NCBI RefSeq assembly: GCF_032444005.1
Contig: NC_091291.1
Coordinates: 143,902,001 to 143,966,000, forward strand
From: Ranitomeya imitator
Lineage: Eukaryota
Direction: 5' to 3'
DNA length: 64,000 nt
Each line of letters opens with the position of its first letter. The stretch's first letter is position 1. Both the position numbers and the translations under genes were made by a program. This document shows positions 37,094 through 49,745 of this stretch, piece by piece. The notes beneath the pieces were generated by a model that was given only the letters and a program-made list of their open reading frames with translations, made no database searches and was not told the origin of the DNA.

Positions 37094-39952
37094 CAGCAGT
37101 ATTATAGTAGTTATATTCTTGTACATAGGAGCAGTATTATAGTAGTTATATTCTTGTACATAGGAGCAGTATTATAGTAGTTATATTCTTGTACATAGGA
37201 GCAGTATTATAGTAGTTATATTCTTGTACATAGGAGCAGTATTATAGTAGTTATATTCTTGTACATAGGGGCAGTATTATAGTAGTTATATTCTTGTACA
37301 TAGGAGCAGTATTATAGTAGTTATATTCTTGTACATAGCAGCAGTATTATAGTAGTTATATTCTTGTACATAGGAGCAGTATTATAGTAGTTATATTCTT
37401 GTACATAGAAGCAGTATTATAGTAGTTATATTCTTGTATATAGGAGCAGTATTATAGTAGTTATATTCTTGTACATAGGGGCAGTATTATAGTAGTTATA
37501 TTCTTGTATATAGGGCAGTATTATAGTAGTTATATTCTTGTACATAGGAGCAGTATTATAGTAGTTATATTCTTGTACATAGGGGCAGTATTATAGTAGT
37601 TATATTCTTGTACATAGGAGCAGTATTATAGTAGTTATATTCTTGTACATAGGGGGCAGTATTATAGTAGTTATATTCTTGTACATAGAGGACAGTATTA
37701 TAATAGTTACTAGATTGTGGCCCGATTCTAACGCATCGGGTATTCTAGAATATGCATGTCTGTCTGTCTTTCTGTCTGTCTTTTCTGTCCTGGAAATCCC
37801 GCATCTCTGATTGGTCGAGGCTGTCAGGCCTCAACCAATCAGTGACGGGCACAGCGACGATGATGTCATAAAGGACGTAGACATCCCGCGTCTCTGATTG
37901 GTCGAGGTCGCCAGGCCTCGACCAATCAACGATGGGCACAGCGACGATGATGTCATAAAGGACGTAGAAATCCCACGTTTCTGATTCAGCGACGGGCACA
38001 GCATCGACGTAGAAATCCCGCGTCTCTGAGTGGTCGAGGCCGCCAGGCCTCAACCAATCAGCGACGGGCACAGCGACGATGTCATAAAGGACGTAGACAT
38101 CCCGCGTCTCTGATTGGTCGAGGTCGCCAGGCCTCGACCAATCAGCGATGGGCACAGCGACAATGATGTCATAAAGGATGTAGAAATCCCACGTTTCTGA
38201 TTCAGCGACGGGCACAGTATCGACATAGATGTCATAATGGTTGCCATGGCGATGATGATGTCATAAAGGTTGCCTCGACCAATTAGCGACGGGCACAGTC
38301 TGCCGCGAATTCTGGAATCATCATTGTCCATATACTACGGGGACATGCATATTCTAGAATACCCGATGCATTAGAATCGGGCCACAATCTAGTATGGACA
38401 ATGATGATTCCAGAATTCGCGGCAGACTGTGCCCGTCGCTGAATCAGAAACGTGGGATTTCTACGTCTTTTATGACATCATCGTCGCTTTGCCCATCGCT
38501 GATTGGTCGAGGCCTGGCGGCCTCGACCAATCACCATCGTCGCTGTTCCCGTTGCTGATTGGTCGAGGCCGCCAGGCCTCGACCAATCAGAGACGCGGGA
38601 TGTCTACGTCCTTTATGACATCATCGTCGCTGTGCCCGTTGCTGACGGGCCTGGCGGCCTCGACCAATCAGAGAGCCGAGATTTCCAAGACATACAGACA
38701 GACAGACAGACAGACGGAAAAACCCTTAGACAATTATATATATAGATATTCTAGTACATAGGGGCCCTATTATAGCAGTTCTATTCTTGTACATAGGGGA
38801 CAGTATTATAGTAGTTATATTCTTGTACATAGAGGACAGTATTATAGTAGTTATAATCTTGTACATAGGGGTCAGTATTATAGTAGTTATATTCTTGTGC
38901 ATAGGGGCAGTATTATAGTAGTTATATTCTTGTACATAGGAGCAGTATTATAGTAGTTATATTCTTGTATAAAGGGGCGGTATTATAGTAGTTATATTCT
39001 TGTGCATAGGAGCAGTATTATAGTAGTTATATTCTTGTATAAAGGGGCAGTATTATAGTAGTTATATTCTTGTGCATAGGAGCTGTATTATAGTAGTTAT
39101 ATTCTTGTATAAAGGGGCGGTATTATAGTAGTAATATTCTTGCACATAGGGGCAGTATTATAGTAGTTATATTCTTGTACATAGGAGCAGTATTATAGTA
39201 GTTATATTCTTGTATAAAGGGGCGGTATTATAGTAGTTATATTATTGCACATAGGGGCGGTATTATAGTAGTTATATTCTTGTACATAGGGGCAGTATTA
39301 TAGTAGTTATATTCTTTTACATAGGAGCAGTATTATAGTAGTTATGTTCTTGTATATAGGGGCAGTATTATAGTAGTTATATTCTTGTAGATAGGGAGAA
39401 GTATTATAGTAGTTATATTCTTGTACATAGGGGCAGTATTATACTAGTTATATTCTTGTACATAGTAGCAGTATTATAGTAGTTATACTCTTGCACATAG
39501 GGGCAGTATTATAGCAGTTATATTCTTGTATATAGGGACAGTATTATAGTAGTTATATTCTTGTACATAGGGACAGTATTATAGTAGTTATATTCTTGTA
39601 CATAGGAGCAGTATTATATATAGTAGTTATATTCTTGTACATAGGAGCAGTATTATAGTAGTTATATTCTTGTACATAGGAGCAGTATTATAGTAGTTAT
39701 ATTCTTGTACATAGGGGTAGTATTATGGTAGTTATATTCTTGTACATAGGGGCAGTATTATATATAGTAGGTATATTCTTGTACATAGGGGCAGTATTAT
39801 AGTAGTTATATTCCTGCACATAGGGGGCAGTATTATAGTAGTTATATTCTTGTACATAGGGGGCAGTATTATAGTAGTTATATTCTTGTACATAGGAGCA
39901 GTATTATATATAGTAGGTATATTCTTGTACATAGGGGCAGTATTATAGTAGT
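37094..39952 (-). repeat. 35-bp AT-rich satellite array in opposite orientation, interrupted at 37709-38754
   Basis: GCAGTATTATAGTAGTTATATTCTTGTACATAGG units. Confidence 0.97.
37709..38750. mobile_element. Helitron/Helentron-derived (HINE/DINE-like) non-autonomous element, two nested copies in opposite orientation
   Basis: 5' ACTAGA..CCCGATTCTAACGCATCGGG hairpin at 37709 and inverted at ~38345-38394; internal tandem units; (GACA)n and TATATATAGAT 3' end. Superfamily assignment is by resemblance. Confidence 0.6.
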
Positions 39953-40638
39953 GATAGGCTTGTATGTAGGAGGTAATATAATAATTTTCTTTTGAATCTG
40001 TTTTCATCATAAGATTTTGATCACATTTAGTAATAAATGTCTTTTTTTCATTTTTAATCTTTTGTCTGTTATTCGGGTTTTATATTCTTTTCACTTTTCC
40101 GTCTTGTGGTGATTGGTGGAATCCCTGGATATGTACGATGCTGATGCAGTAAATGTCTCCACATGAGTCTTTGAAATTCAAATGAATGATTTAGCAGAGC
40201 ACAAAACTTAGCATTAAAAAGCGATCAAGCCTTCTCTGTCTGTACCGCGCTTTATGAGGCTTGTTAATTAGGATAACTGCCCCAACGAAAGAAGAAATTA
40301 GTGGTTAATTAAAAGCCTCTCATAGTGTCCGTCTAACAACTGGTTAACAGGGAGCAACAAAGAGGCTGCCATTTGTTCACCAAAATCAATGCTACAGGGC
40401 TCGAATTAAATCGCTGCCTTTGGGCATGGTGAGCCGCTGAATGGAGCAATGCCAAGGTCTGTGAATTACCAGCGGCCGCCATTCATCCTCAGCTGGCAAC
40501 TAACTGGCTGGGAACTGGTGCAGAATATATTTCCCCTCCCAACAAGAAAAACACTGGAAGTTCAAATACATGTTTAAGATAGACTGGTGATCAATCAATA
40601 CAGTGATGATATTATTAATTATATCAGTGATGTCATCA

Positions 40639-43600
40639 CCGGGGGCGGGGCTGACAACCTCTCACATGTATACAGGCTGGTTGTCAGCAGTGATAGATGA
40701 GGGGGCGGGGCTGACAACCTCTCACATGTATACAGGCTGGTTGTCAGCAGTGATAGATGAGGGGGCGGGGCTGACAACCTCTCACATGTATACAGGCTGG
40801 TTGTCAGCAGTGATAGATGAGGGGGCGGGGCTGACAACCTCTCACATATATACAGGCTGGTTGTCAGCAGTGATAGATGAGGGGGCGGGGCTGACAACCT
40901 CTCACATGTATACAGGCCGGTTGTCAGCAGTGATAGATGAGGGGGCGGGGCTGACAACCTCTCACATGTATACAGGCTGGTTGTCAGCAGTGATAGATGA
41001 GGGGGCGGGGCTGACAACCTCTCACATGTGTACAGGCTGGTTGTCAGCAGTGATAGATGAGGGGGCGGGGCTGACAACCTCTCACATGTATACAGGCTGG
41101 TTGTCAGCAGTGATAGATGAGGGGGCGGGGCTGACAACCTCTCACATGTATACAGGCTGGTTGTCAGCAGTGATAGATGAGGGGGCGGGGCTGACAACCT
41201 CTCACATATATACAGGCTGGTTGTCAGCAGTGATAGATGAGGGGGCGGGGCTGACAACCTCTCACATATATACAGGCTGGTTGTCAGCAGTGATAGATGA
41301 GGGGGCGGGGCTGACAACCTCTCACATGTGTACAGGCTGGTTGTCAGCAGTGATAGATGAGGGGGCGGGGCTGACAACCTCTCACATGTATACAGGCTGG
41401 TTGTCAGCAGTGATAGATGAGGGGGCGGGGCTGACAACCTCTCACATGTATACAGGCTGGTTGTCAGCAGTGATAGATGAGGGGGCGGGGCTGACAACCT
41501 CTCACATATATACAGGCTGGTTGTCAGCAGTGATAGATGAGGGGGCGGGGCTGACAACCTCTCACATGTGTACAGGCTGGTTGTCAGCAGTGATAGATGA
41601 GGGGGCGGGGCTGACAACCTCTCACATGTATACAGGCTGGTTGTCAGCAGTGATAGATGAGGAGGCGGGGCTGACAACCTCTCACATGTATACAGGCTGG
41701 TTGTCAGCAGTGATAGATGAGGGGGCGGGGCTGACAACCTCTCACATGTATACAGGCTGGTTGTCAGCAGTGATAGATGAGGGGGCGGGGCTGACAACCT
41801 CTCACATGTATACAGGCTGGTTGTCAGCAGTGATAGATGAGGAGGCGGGGCTGACAACCTCTCACATGTATGCAGGCCGGTTGTCAGCAGTGATAGATGA
41901 GGGAGCGGGGCTGACAACCTCTCACATGTATACAGGCTGGTTGTCAGCAGTGATAGATGAGGGGGCGGGGCTGACAACCTCTCACATGTATACAGGCTGG
42001 TTGTCAGCAGTGATAGATGAGGGGGCGGGGCTGACAACCTCTCACATGTATACAGGCTGGTTGTCAGCAGTGATAGATGAGAGGGCGGGGCTGACAACCT
42101 CTCACACGTATACAGGCCGGTTGTCAGCAGTGATAGATGAGGGGGCGGGGCTGACAACCTCTCACATGTATACAGGCCGGTTGTCAGCAGTGATAGATGA
42201 GGGGGCGGGGCTGACAACCTCTCACATGTGTACAGGCTGGTTGTCAGCAGTGATAGATGAGGGGGCGGGGCTGACAACCTCTCACACGTATACAGGCTGG
42301 TTGTCAGCAGTGATAGATGAGGGGGCGGGGCTGACAACCTCTCACATGTGTACAGGCTGGTTGTCAGCAGTGATAGATGAGGGGGCGGGGCTGACAACCT
42401 CTCACACGTATACAGGCTGGTTGTCAGCAGTGATAGATGAGGGGGCGGGGCTGACAACCTCTCACATATATACAGGCCGGTTGTCAGCAGTGATAGATGA
42501 GGGGGCGGGGCTGACAACCTCTCACATGTGTACAGGCTGGTTGTCAGCAGTGATAGATGAGGGGGCGGGGCTGACAACCTCTCACATGTGTACAGGCTGG
42601 TTGTCAGCAGTGATAGATGAGGGGCGGGGCTGACAACCTCTCACATGTGTACAGGCTGGTTGTCAGCAGTGATAGATGAGGGGGCGGGGCTGACAACCTC
42701 TCACATGTGTACAGGCTGGTTGTCAGCAGTGATAGATGAGGGGCGGGGCTGACAACCTCTCACATGTATACAGGCCGGTTGTCAGCAGTGATAGATGAGG
42801 GGCGGGGCTGACAACCTCTCACATATATACAGGCTGGTTGTCAGCAGTGATAGATGAGGGGGCGGGGCTGACAACCTCTCAAACGTATACAGGCTGGTTG
42901 TCAGCAGTGATAGATGAGGGGCGGGGCTGACAACCTCTCACATGTATACAGGCTGGTTGTCAGCAGTGATAGATGAGGGGGCGGGGCTGACAACCTCTCA
43001 CATGTATACAGGCTGGTTGTCAGCAGTGATAGATGAGGGGGCGGGGCTGACAACCTCTCACATGTATACAGGCTGGTTGTCAGCAGTGATAGATGAGGGG
43101 GCGGGGCTGACAACCTCTCACATGTATACAGGCTGGTTGTCAGCAGTGATAGATGAGGGGGCGGGGCTGACAACCTCTCACATGTATACAGGCTGGTGGT
43201 CAGCAGTGATAGATGAGGGGGCGGGGCTGACAACCTCTCACATGTATACAGGCTGGTTGTCAGCAGTGATAGATGAGGGGACGAGGCTGACAACCTCTCA
43301 CATGTATACAGGTCGGTTGTCAGCAGTGATAGATGAGGGGGCGGGGCTGACAACCTCTCACATGTATACTGTTATGACCTGGTGGTAAGGACAATAATGG
43401 ACCTGGTGGTTAAGAGCACACGGAATGACCTGATAGTTACTAATAATATAGGACGAGCTCTGAGACGTGGGAACTCTGCTGACCGCAATCCCTAATCCTA
43501 TAACGCACACTAGAAATAGCCATGGATTGCTCCTAACGCTCCCTATGCAACTCGACACAGCCTAAGAAACTAGCTAGCCATAGAGATAGAAAAAAAAAGC

Positions 43601-45320
43601 CTACCTTGCCTCAGAGAAATTCCCCAAAGGAAAAGGCAGCCCCCCACATATAATGACTGTGAGTAAAGATGAAAATTACAAACACAGAGATGAAATAGAT
43701 TTAGCAAAGTGAGGCCCGACTTACTGAACAGACAGAGGATAGGAAAGGTAACTTTGCGGTCAGCACAAAAAACTACAAAAAGACCACGCAGAGGGCGCAA
43801 AAAAACCCTCCGCACCGACTCACGGTGCGGAGACGCTCCCTCTGCGTCCCAGAGCTTCCAGCAAGCAAGACAAAAATCAAAATAGCAAGCTGGACAGAAA
43901 AATAGCAAACCAGAGAAAAACAAGCAGGAACTTAGCTTCTGCTGGGAAGACAGGTCACAAGAACGATCCAGGAGAGAACTAGACCAATACTGGAACATTG
44001 ACAGGTGGCATGGAGCAAAGATCTAAGTGGAGTTAAATAGAGCAGCCAGCTAACGAATTAACCTCGTCACCTGTGGAAGGAAACTCAGAAGCCGCAGCTC
44101 CACTCACAACCACCAGAGGAAGCCCATGGACAGAACCAGCCGAAGTACCATTCATGACCACAGGAGGGAGCTTGACAACAGAATTCACAACAGTATACAG
44201 GCTGGTTGTCAGCAGTGATAGATGAGGGGGCGGGGCTGACAACCTCTCACATGTATACAGGCTGGTTGTCAGCAGTGATAGATGAGGGGGCGGGGCTGAC
44301 AACCTCTCACACGTATACAGGCTGGTTGTCAGCAGTGATAGATGAGGGGGTGGGGCTGACAACCTCTCACACGTATACAGGCTGGTTGTCAGCAGTGATA
44401 GATGAGGGGGCGGGGCTGACAACCTCTCACATGTATACAGGCTGGTTGTCAGCAGTGATAGATGAGGGGGCGGGGCTGACAACCTCTCACACGTATACAG
44501 GCTGGTTGTCAGCAGTGATAGATGAGGGGGCGGGGCTGACAACCTCTCACATGTATACAGGCTGGTTGTCAGCAGTGATAGATGAGGGGGCGGGGCTGAC
44601 AACCTCTCACACGTATACAGGCTGGTTGTCAGCAGTGATAGATGAGGGGGTGGGGCTGACAACCTCTCACACGTATACAGGCTGGTTGTCAGCAGTGATA
44701 GATGAGGGGGCGGGGCTGACAACCTCTCACATGTATACAGGCTGGTTGTCAGCAGTGATAGATGAGGGGGCGGGGCTGACAACCTCTCACATGTATACAG
44801 GCTGGTTGTCAGCAGTGATAGATGAGGGGGCGGGGCTGACAACCTCTCTACATGATATACAGGCTGGTTGTCAGCAGTGATGGATGAGAGGGCGGGGCTG
44901 ACAACCTCTCACATGTATACAGGCTGGTTGTCAGCAGTGATAGATGAGGGGGCGGGGCTGACAACCTCTCACATGTATACAGGCTGGTTGTCAGCAGTGA
45001 TAGATGAGGGGGCGGGGCTGACAACCTCTCTACATGATATACAGGCTGGTTGTCAGCAGTGATAGATGAGGGGGCGGGGCTGACAACCTCTCACATGTAT
45101 ACAGGCTGGTTGTCAGTAGTGATAGATGAGGGGGCGGGGCTGACATCCTCTCACATGTATACAGGCTGGTTGTCAGCAGTGATAGATGAGGGGGCGGGGC
45201 TGACAACCTCTCACATGTATACAGGCTGGTTGTCAGTAGTGATAGATGAGGGGGCGGGGCTGACATCCTCTCACATGTATACAGGCTGGTTGTCAGCAGT
45301 GATAGATGAGGGGGCGGGGC
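40639..45320. repeat. Highly homogeneous 60-bp minisatellite (~46 + ~19 copies), split by a solo LTR
   Basis: GGGGGCGGGGCTGACAACCTCTCACATGTATACAGGCTGGTTGTCAGCAGTGATAGATGA; units align with the 60-nt lines from 40681 to 42600. Confidence 0.99.
43370..44192 (-). mobile_element. Solo LTR, 823 bp
   Basis: TGTT...AACA termini; GTATAC duplicated at 43364-43369 and 44193-44198; no coding capacity; strand inferred from a TATA-like TATTTAA on the minus strand. Confidence 0.88.
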
Positions 45321-45329
45321 TATAACTAT

Positions 45330-46244
45330 CCGCCCGTGTGCCTACTGGGTACCACACGCACTGTGCAGAAGACAGCACTAAAGTTTAGCGCTGTCCCTTG
45401 CATCTGGTGCTGAAGCTGCTATTCATATCTTCTCTGCAGCAGGGTTTGCTGTAGAGAAGATATGAATATTCCTTTTTTTTTTTTTGTTTCTTGTGTTTAC
45501 AATAAAGATCCCTGTCCCCACCCCCCTCCCACCCCCCGTGAGCCCGCCCGCTGTTCTTAAAATACTCACCCGGCTCCCTCGCTGGCGCTGCTTCCTGTCC
45601 TGGCCGCACCTTCTACTGTATGAGCGGTCACGTGGGGCCACTCATTTACAGTAATGAATATGCGGCTCCACCCCTATGGGAGGTGGAGCCGCATATTCAT
45701 GACTGTAATCGGCGGCCCCACGTGACCGCTCATACAGTAGAAGGTGCGGCCAGGACAGGACACTGCGAGGGAGCCGGGTGAGTATTTTAAGAACAGCGGG
45801 CGGGCTCACGGGGGGTGGGAGGGGGGTGGGGACAGGGATCTTTATTGTAAACACGAGAAACAAACAAAAAAAAGGAATATTCATATCTTCTCTACAGCAA
45901 ACGCTGCTGCAGAGAAGATATGAATGGGGCTTCAGCACCAGTGGGGGGACAGCGCTTACTGTAGCACTGTCTCCTGCATGGCACACGGACTGCACACGGA
46001 CAACGTCCGTGTGTGGTACGTGTTTTACACGGACCCATTGACTTTAATGGGTCCGTGTAATCCGTGCGCTCCCACGAACACTGACACGTCTCCATTTTTG
46101 GCACACGGAGACACGGTCCGCAAAAAATCAATGACATCTGCACAGATGCATTGATTTCAATGTGTCTACGTGAGTCAGTGGCTCCGGTACGTGAGGAAAC
46201 TGTCACCTCACGTACCGGAGCCACTGACGTGTGAAACCGGCCTT
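45330..46244. mobile_element. Palindromic MITE, left end truncated
   Basis: Hairpin centre ATGAATATGCGGCTCCACC..GGTGGAGCCGCATATTCAT (~45654-45700); arms pair over ~290 bp; right TIR GTGTGAAACCGGCC|TTA. Confidence 0.85.
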
Positions 46245-48175
46245 AGGAAAACTCTCATTTCTTCTTCTCGCTCATAGAATTCTTGCAGAGGTGGAAAGAT
46301 GGCGGTTTGTGCAGTTTCTTTGTGTGAAATCTGAAAACTTCACACGAGGATCCATCATTCTATCAATCGCCAACAAAACATCCTGGGATTCTTGTGGATT
46401 TGGTGCGGGAGCTGCTGCTCAGGCCCCGGCCGCCCTTTTGTGGTCTTATCCCGGCCAGTCTCTTGTGAAAAGAATCCATTGTTCCACATAATATCAGCCC
46501 GGATCTGCGCTCCGCTGCGCTGAGAAAATGGCAGTTGATTTAAAAACCCATCTTGTCTGGAGCCGGGATTAGCAGATTAGGAGAGAATGTCATTTTCTTT
46601 CTAATGTCCCTGTATCTCTGCCCACAAGAAACAAGAGGAAATTGTTAAAACACAAACTCATAGCAACTTATCAAAATCAATTAATTGAGAAATTTCCCAT
46701 GGCGCTCCGGCTCTGCTACATCTGCACCCAACAACTTTTCTCTGCAAAGGCCAGATGAAATCTACCCAATCAGAAATGTGTACTGTAACTTTAATAAGCA
46801 TTATATATATGAACATTTTTTATGAAATCTAAGTGGTCGCTGTCGCGTCAATCTACTATCCGTAATTACACAAGTGATTAGAAGAAACTTCACCTAGTCA
46901 GAGAAATCTGCACCTTTCTCCACTTAGGAGCCATTTCTTCATCTCCTCCTGCCCCAGAACACATCCTTCATTCTGAAAAATGCTGAAATCTGTCATACTT
47001 GAGATAAGCCGGACTGCCAGCACACTGAGGGATCAGATCACAGCTGCAAAATGAAGTCTATGGGGGGAAGAGTGAGGAGTGGAGTAAGAAAGACAGAGGT
47101 ATAGATGTACTCAAACCATTGCTGCCCTTTCATCTCGCCTCAGAGCTGAATTCTGAGTTACTCTCTACAGTACTGCTGTATAATGTCCTCCATGCTTCCG
47201 CTTGCATAAAGTGTTTTATCTAATCACAGAGCTGGAATCACAGTTACACTGCTCCGTACACCTGTAAATGTCATTTATGTGGCTTTATAGTTTTATCTCA
47301 CCACAGAGCTGAACTTAGAGCTACACTGCTGAGTACTACTGTATATTGTCCTTGCTGCTACAGTTTTTTTAAATCTCATCTATGTGCTAAATTTCCAACG
47401 ACACTGCTCAGTGGTGGTGTATAATGTCCTCCACGCTGATGTTGTCTAGTAAGTAATTTATCTAAACTGGGAACTGGATTACTTCCCATTCTTCTTGATG
47501 CTATATTATCCTTTGTGCTGCTGCTTTATAGAAAGTGTTTAATCTCACTTCAGAGATTGATTCTTTGCTACAGTTCAGTAATTCCTTATAATGTCCTTCA
47601 TGCTGCTGTCGAGAAAGTTTTTTTTTCAGCTCACTCATGACATGGATTCACAGCTACATAGCTCAGTACTTATGTATAATGTCCTCTCTTCTACTGCTGC
47701 TGCTTCTACCCATGTGCTGCAGAGAGACAGGAGAGCAGGAGTCTGCCATGTTTGTACACCCTGAGAATGGGAGACATCATTGTAGCTAGACTATACTCAC
47801 TAGCTCAGAGACAACTGAAAATCAGAGATAAACCTGCAGAGGGGAAAACTGACGAAAAAGCAAAATATAAGTCATCTAATGGCCAGAAATAATGATATTC
47901 CTCTTATTCTGAAGTCACCTGAAATGTCAGAGATGCTTTATTGATGTGGTCTTCTGCTTTCCTACCTGCTCTGTGTCTCCACCAATACATATAATGTACA
48001 GGGTGGTCTGCAGAGTGCAGACAGCTCTTCTGTCAGGTTCTTGTATAACGCCGCGGTCCTGTGCAGGGAGACCACCGCACGCAGCCCCCATGATGGAGAA
48101 CATGCCATGATTAGTCTGTGCTGTACAGACACATGCAGACAGTATACAGACCCCAGTAATGCATCACATGTGCAG

Positions 48176-48307
48176 TGCAGCGCCCCCTGGGTGTACGTGA
48201 CTGGTGCTGCGTCTTCTACATCGGAAGGGCCTGTGGTTCTGTGTTGTCTATGATGTCACACTTGTGTCTGCGGCCAGTCCGATCTCTGAATGAGCCCTAG
48301 ATGGCAC
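48176..48307. promoter_or_regulatory. Two divergent CTCF-like motifs in unique sequence
   Basis: CACCCAGGGGGCGCTGCA (minus, ~48176-48193) and GCCCTAGATGGCAC (plus, ~48294-48307); motif match only. Confidence 0.4.
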
Positions 48308-48338
48308 AGACGTGCGCTGTCGCCTTCGAGCGCTCTCA

Positions 48339-48371
<33 letters not shown>

Positions 48372-49462
48372 ATTGCCAGCAGTCTCGTTCTGTGGCTGAC
48401 AGGCGTGAGGTTTGGACTTGTTCACACTCTTTCCATGAAAACACCTGATCTCTCTCTCCAGCACTGGGACCACCGTACGTACCTCCAGGGGGCCCGTCAG
48501 ATGACGGCTGGTTTTCCCTGAATGTCCTCGCCGCCTGCAGTCGTTTCTTCCGTGGGTCGGATAAGATTCGCCCATTCTAGCCTATGGGTTCTCAAAAAAA
48601 TAAGTTCCCAAAACTAAGGCCCCGTATTGCAGCATCTGAAACTGACGGATTAGCGCAGATTGTTTGAATTTGATGGATCCAGCGATTTTTCTATAATTCT
48701 GCACAAATCTCATCGTTCATCTCCGGTCACCACAATGGCTGTACCGCCGTCGGCAATGTCTGCGCTGTCCTGCAGCGATGTCTGTGATGATAAGTGTTCG
48801 CTGCACTCGTCATTGGAGTCTCCTGACATCTTTCTGGGCTCAGGCTGCGATGTCACTACTCCATGCTTTACACTGCAGCTCTGCTCACCCACAATGGCTG
48901 CTGGGTATAACCGCAAGCTCAGCAGATAGCGCAGTAAGAGGGGAGGAGCCTAGAGAGGGGAGGGGCTTAGTTCTAGATTTCTGTCTTTTCTCCATCCTGG
49001 GGGGCACCGTCTGCCCCCCTTATCCTGCTATGAATGCGCTGCAGACTGTATAAGACATAAGTGATTAGCACTTCTAGGTGGCAGTAGAGGGGACAGCTTC
49101 CTTCCAGAAGAGTGCTAATTTGCATATTTTCTTCCTAAATTATATTACCGAATTCCACTTTTCTGCCAAGTTTATAAAAATGATCCTGGTCACTTGTAAT
49201 AATTCTAATGACGTGAAATGTACGTTTTCTATAGGACTCCCCTTCCCATCATCCTCAGCGAGGGGCGTGTCCATCCCTTGAAATGGGCGTGGTGAATATA
49301 GTCCAAGGGTGTGGCCTAATGCTCCACAACCACCTGACACTTTCACTTTAAGAAGTGGACCCCATGAAGCAGGTGGGGTCACGTGTGGCCGTGTGCAGAT
49401 CGCTGCGGCACAGAACTAGTCCTGGAGAAGAGATGAGGAGGTTTTTGTTTTCCTTTGTCTAA

Positions 49463-49745
49463 GGCTATGTGCACACGTTGCGGATTAGGCGTAGGAATTT
49501 CTGGTGCGGATTCTGCATCTCTTGGCAGAAAACGCAGGTGCGGATTTGTCGCGTTTTTTGTGCGTTTTTGTTGCAGATTTGCTGCGGATTTTTTGCGGAT
49601 TTCTTGTGTTTTTTTTACCTCTGCTGTTTTCTATAATGGAATGAGTACAAAAATGCTGCAGGTCGTGACATGCTACTTCTTTTAATCCGCAGCGTTTCCG
49701 CACGGAATTTTCCGCACCATTAGCACAGCATTTTTTATTTTTTTT
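49463..49745. mobile_element. Truncated MITE, same family as 51079-51445
   Basis: TAA|GGCTATGTGCACACGTTGCGG start; GCGGA-rich interior. Confidence 0.75.

Noticed and set aside
40603-45325. 676-aa, 652-aa and related long ORFs
   Set aside because: Artefacts of a stop-free 60-bp unit; open on both strands, pure 20-aa repeats, no gene signals.
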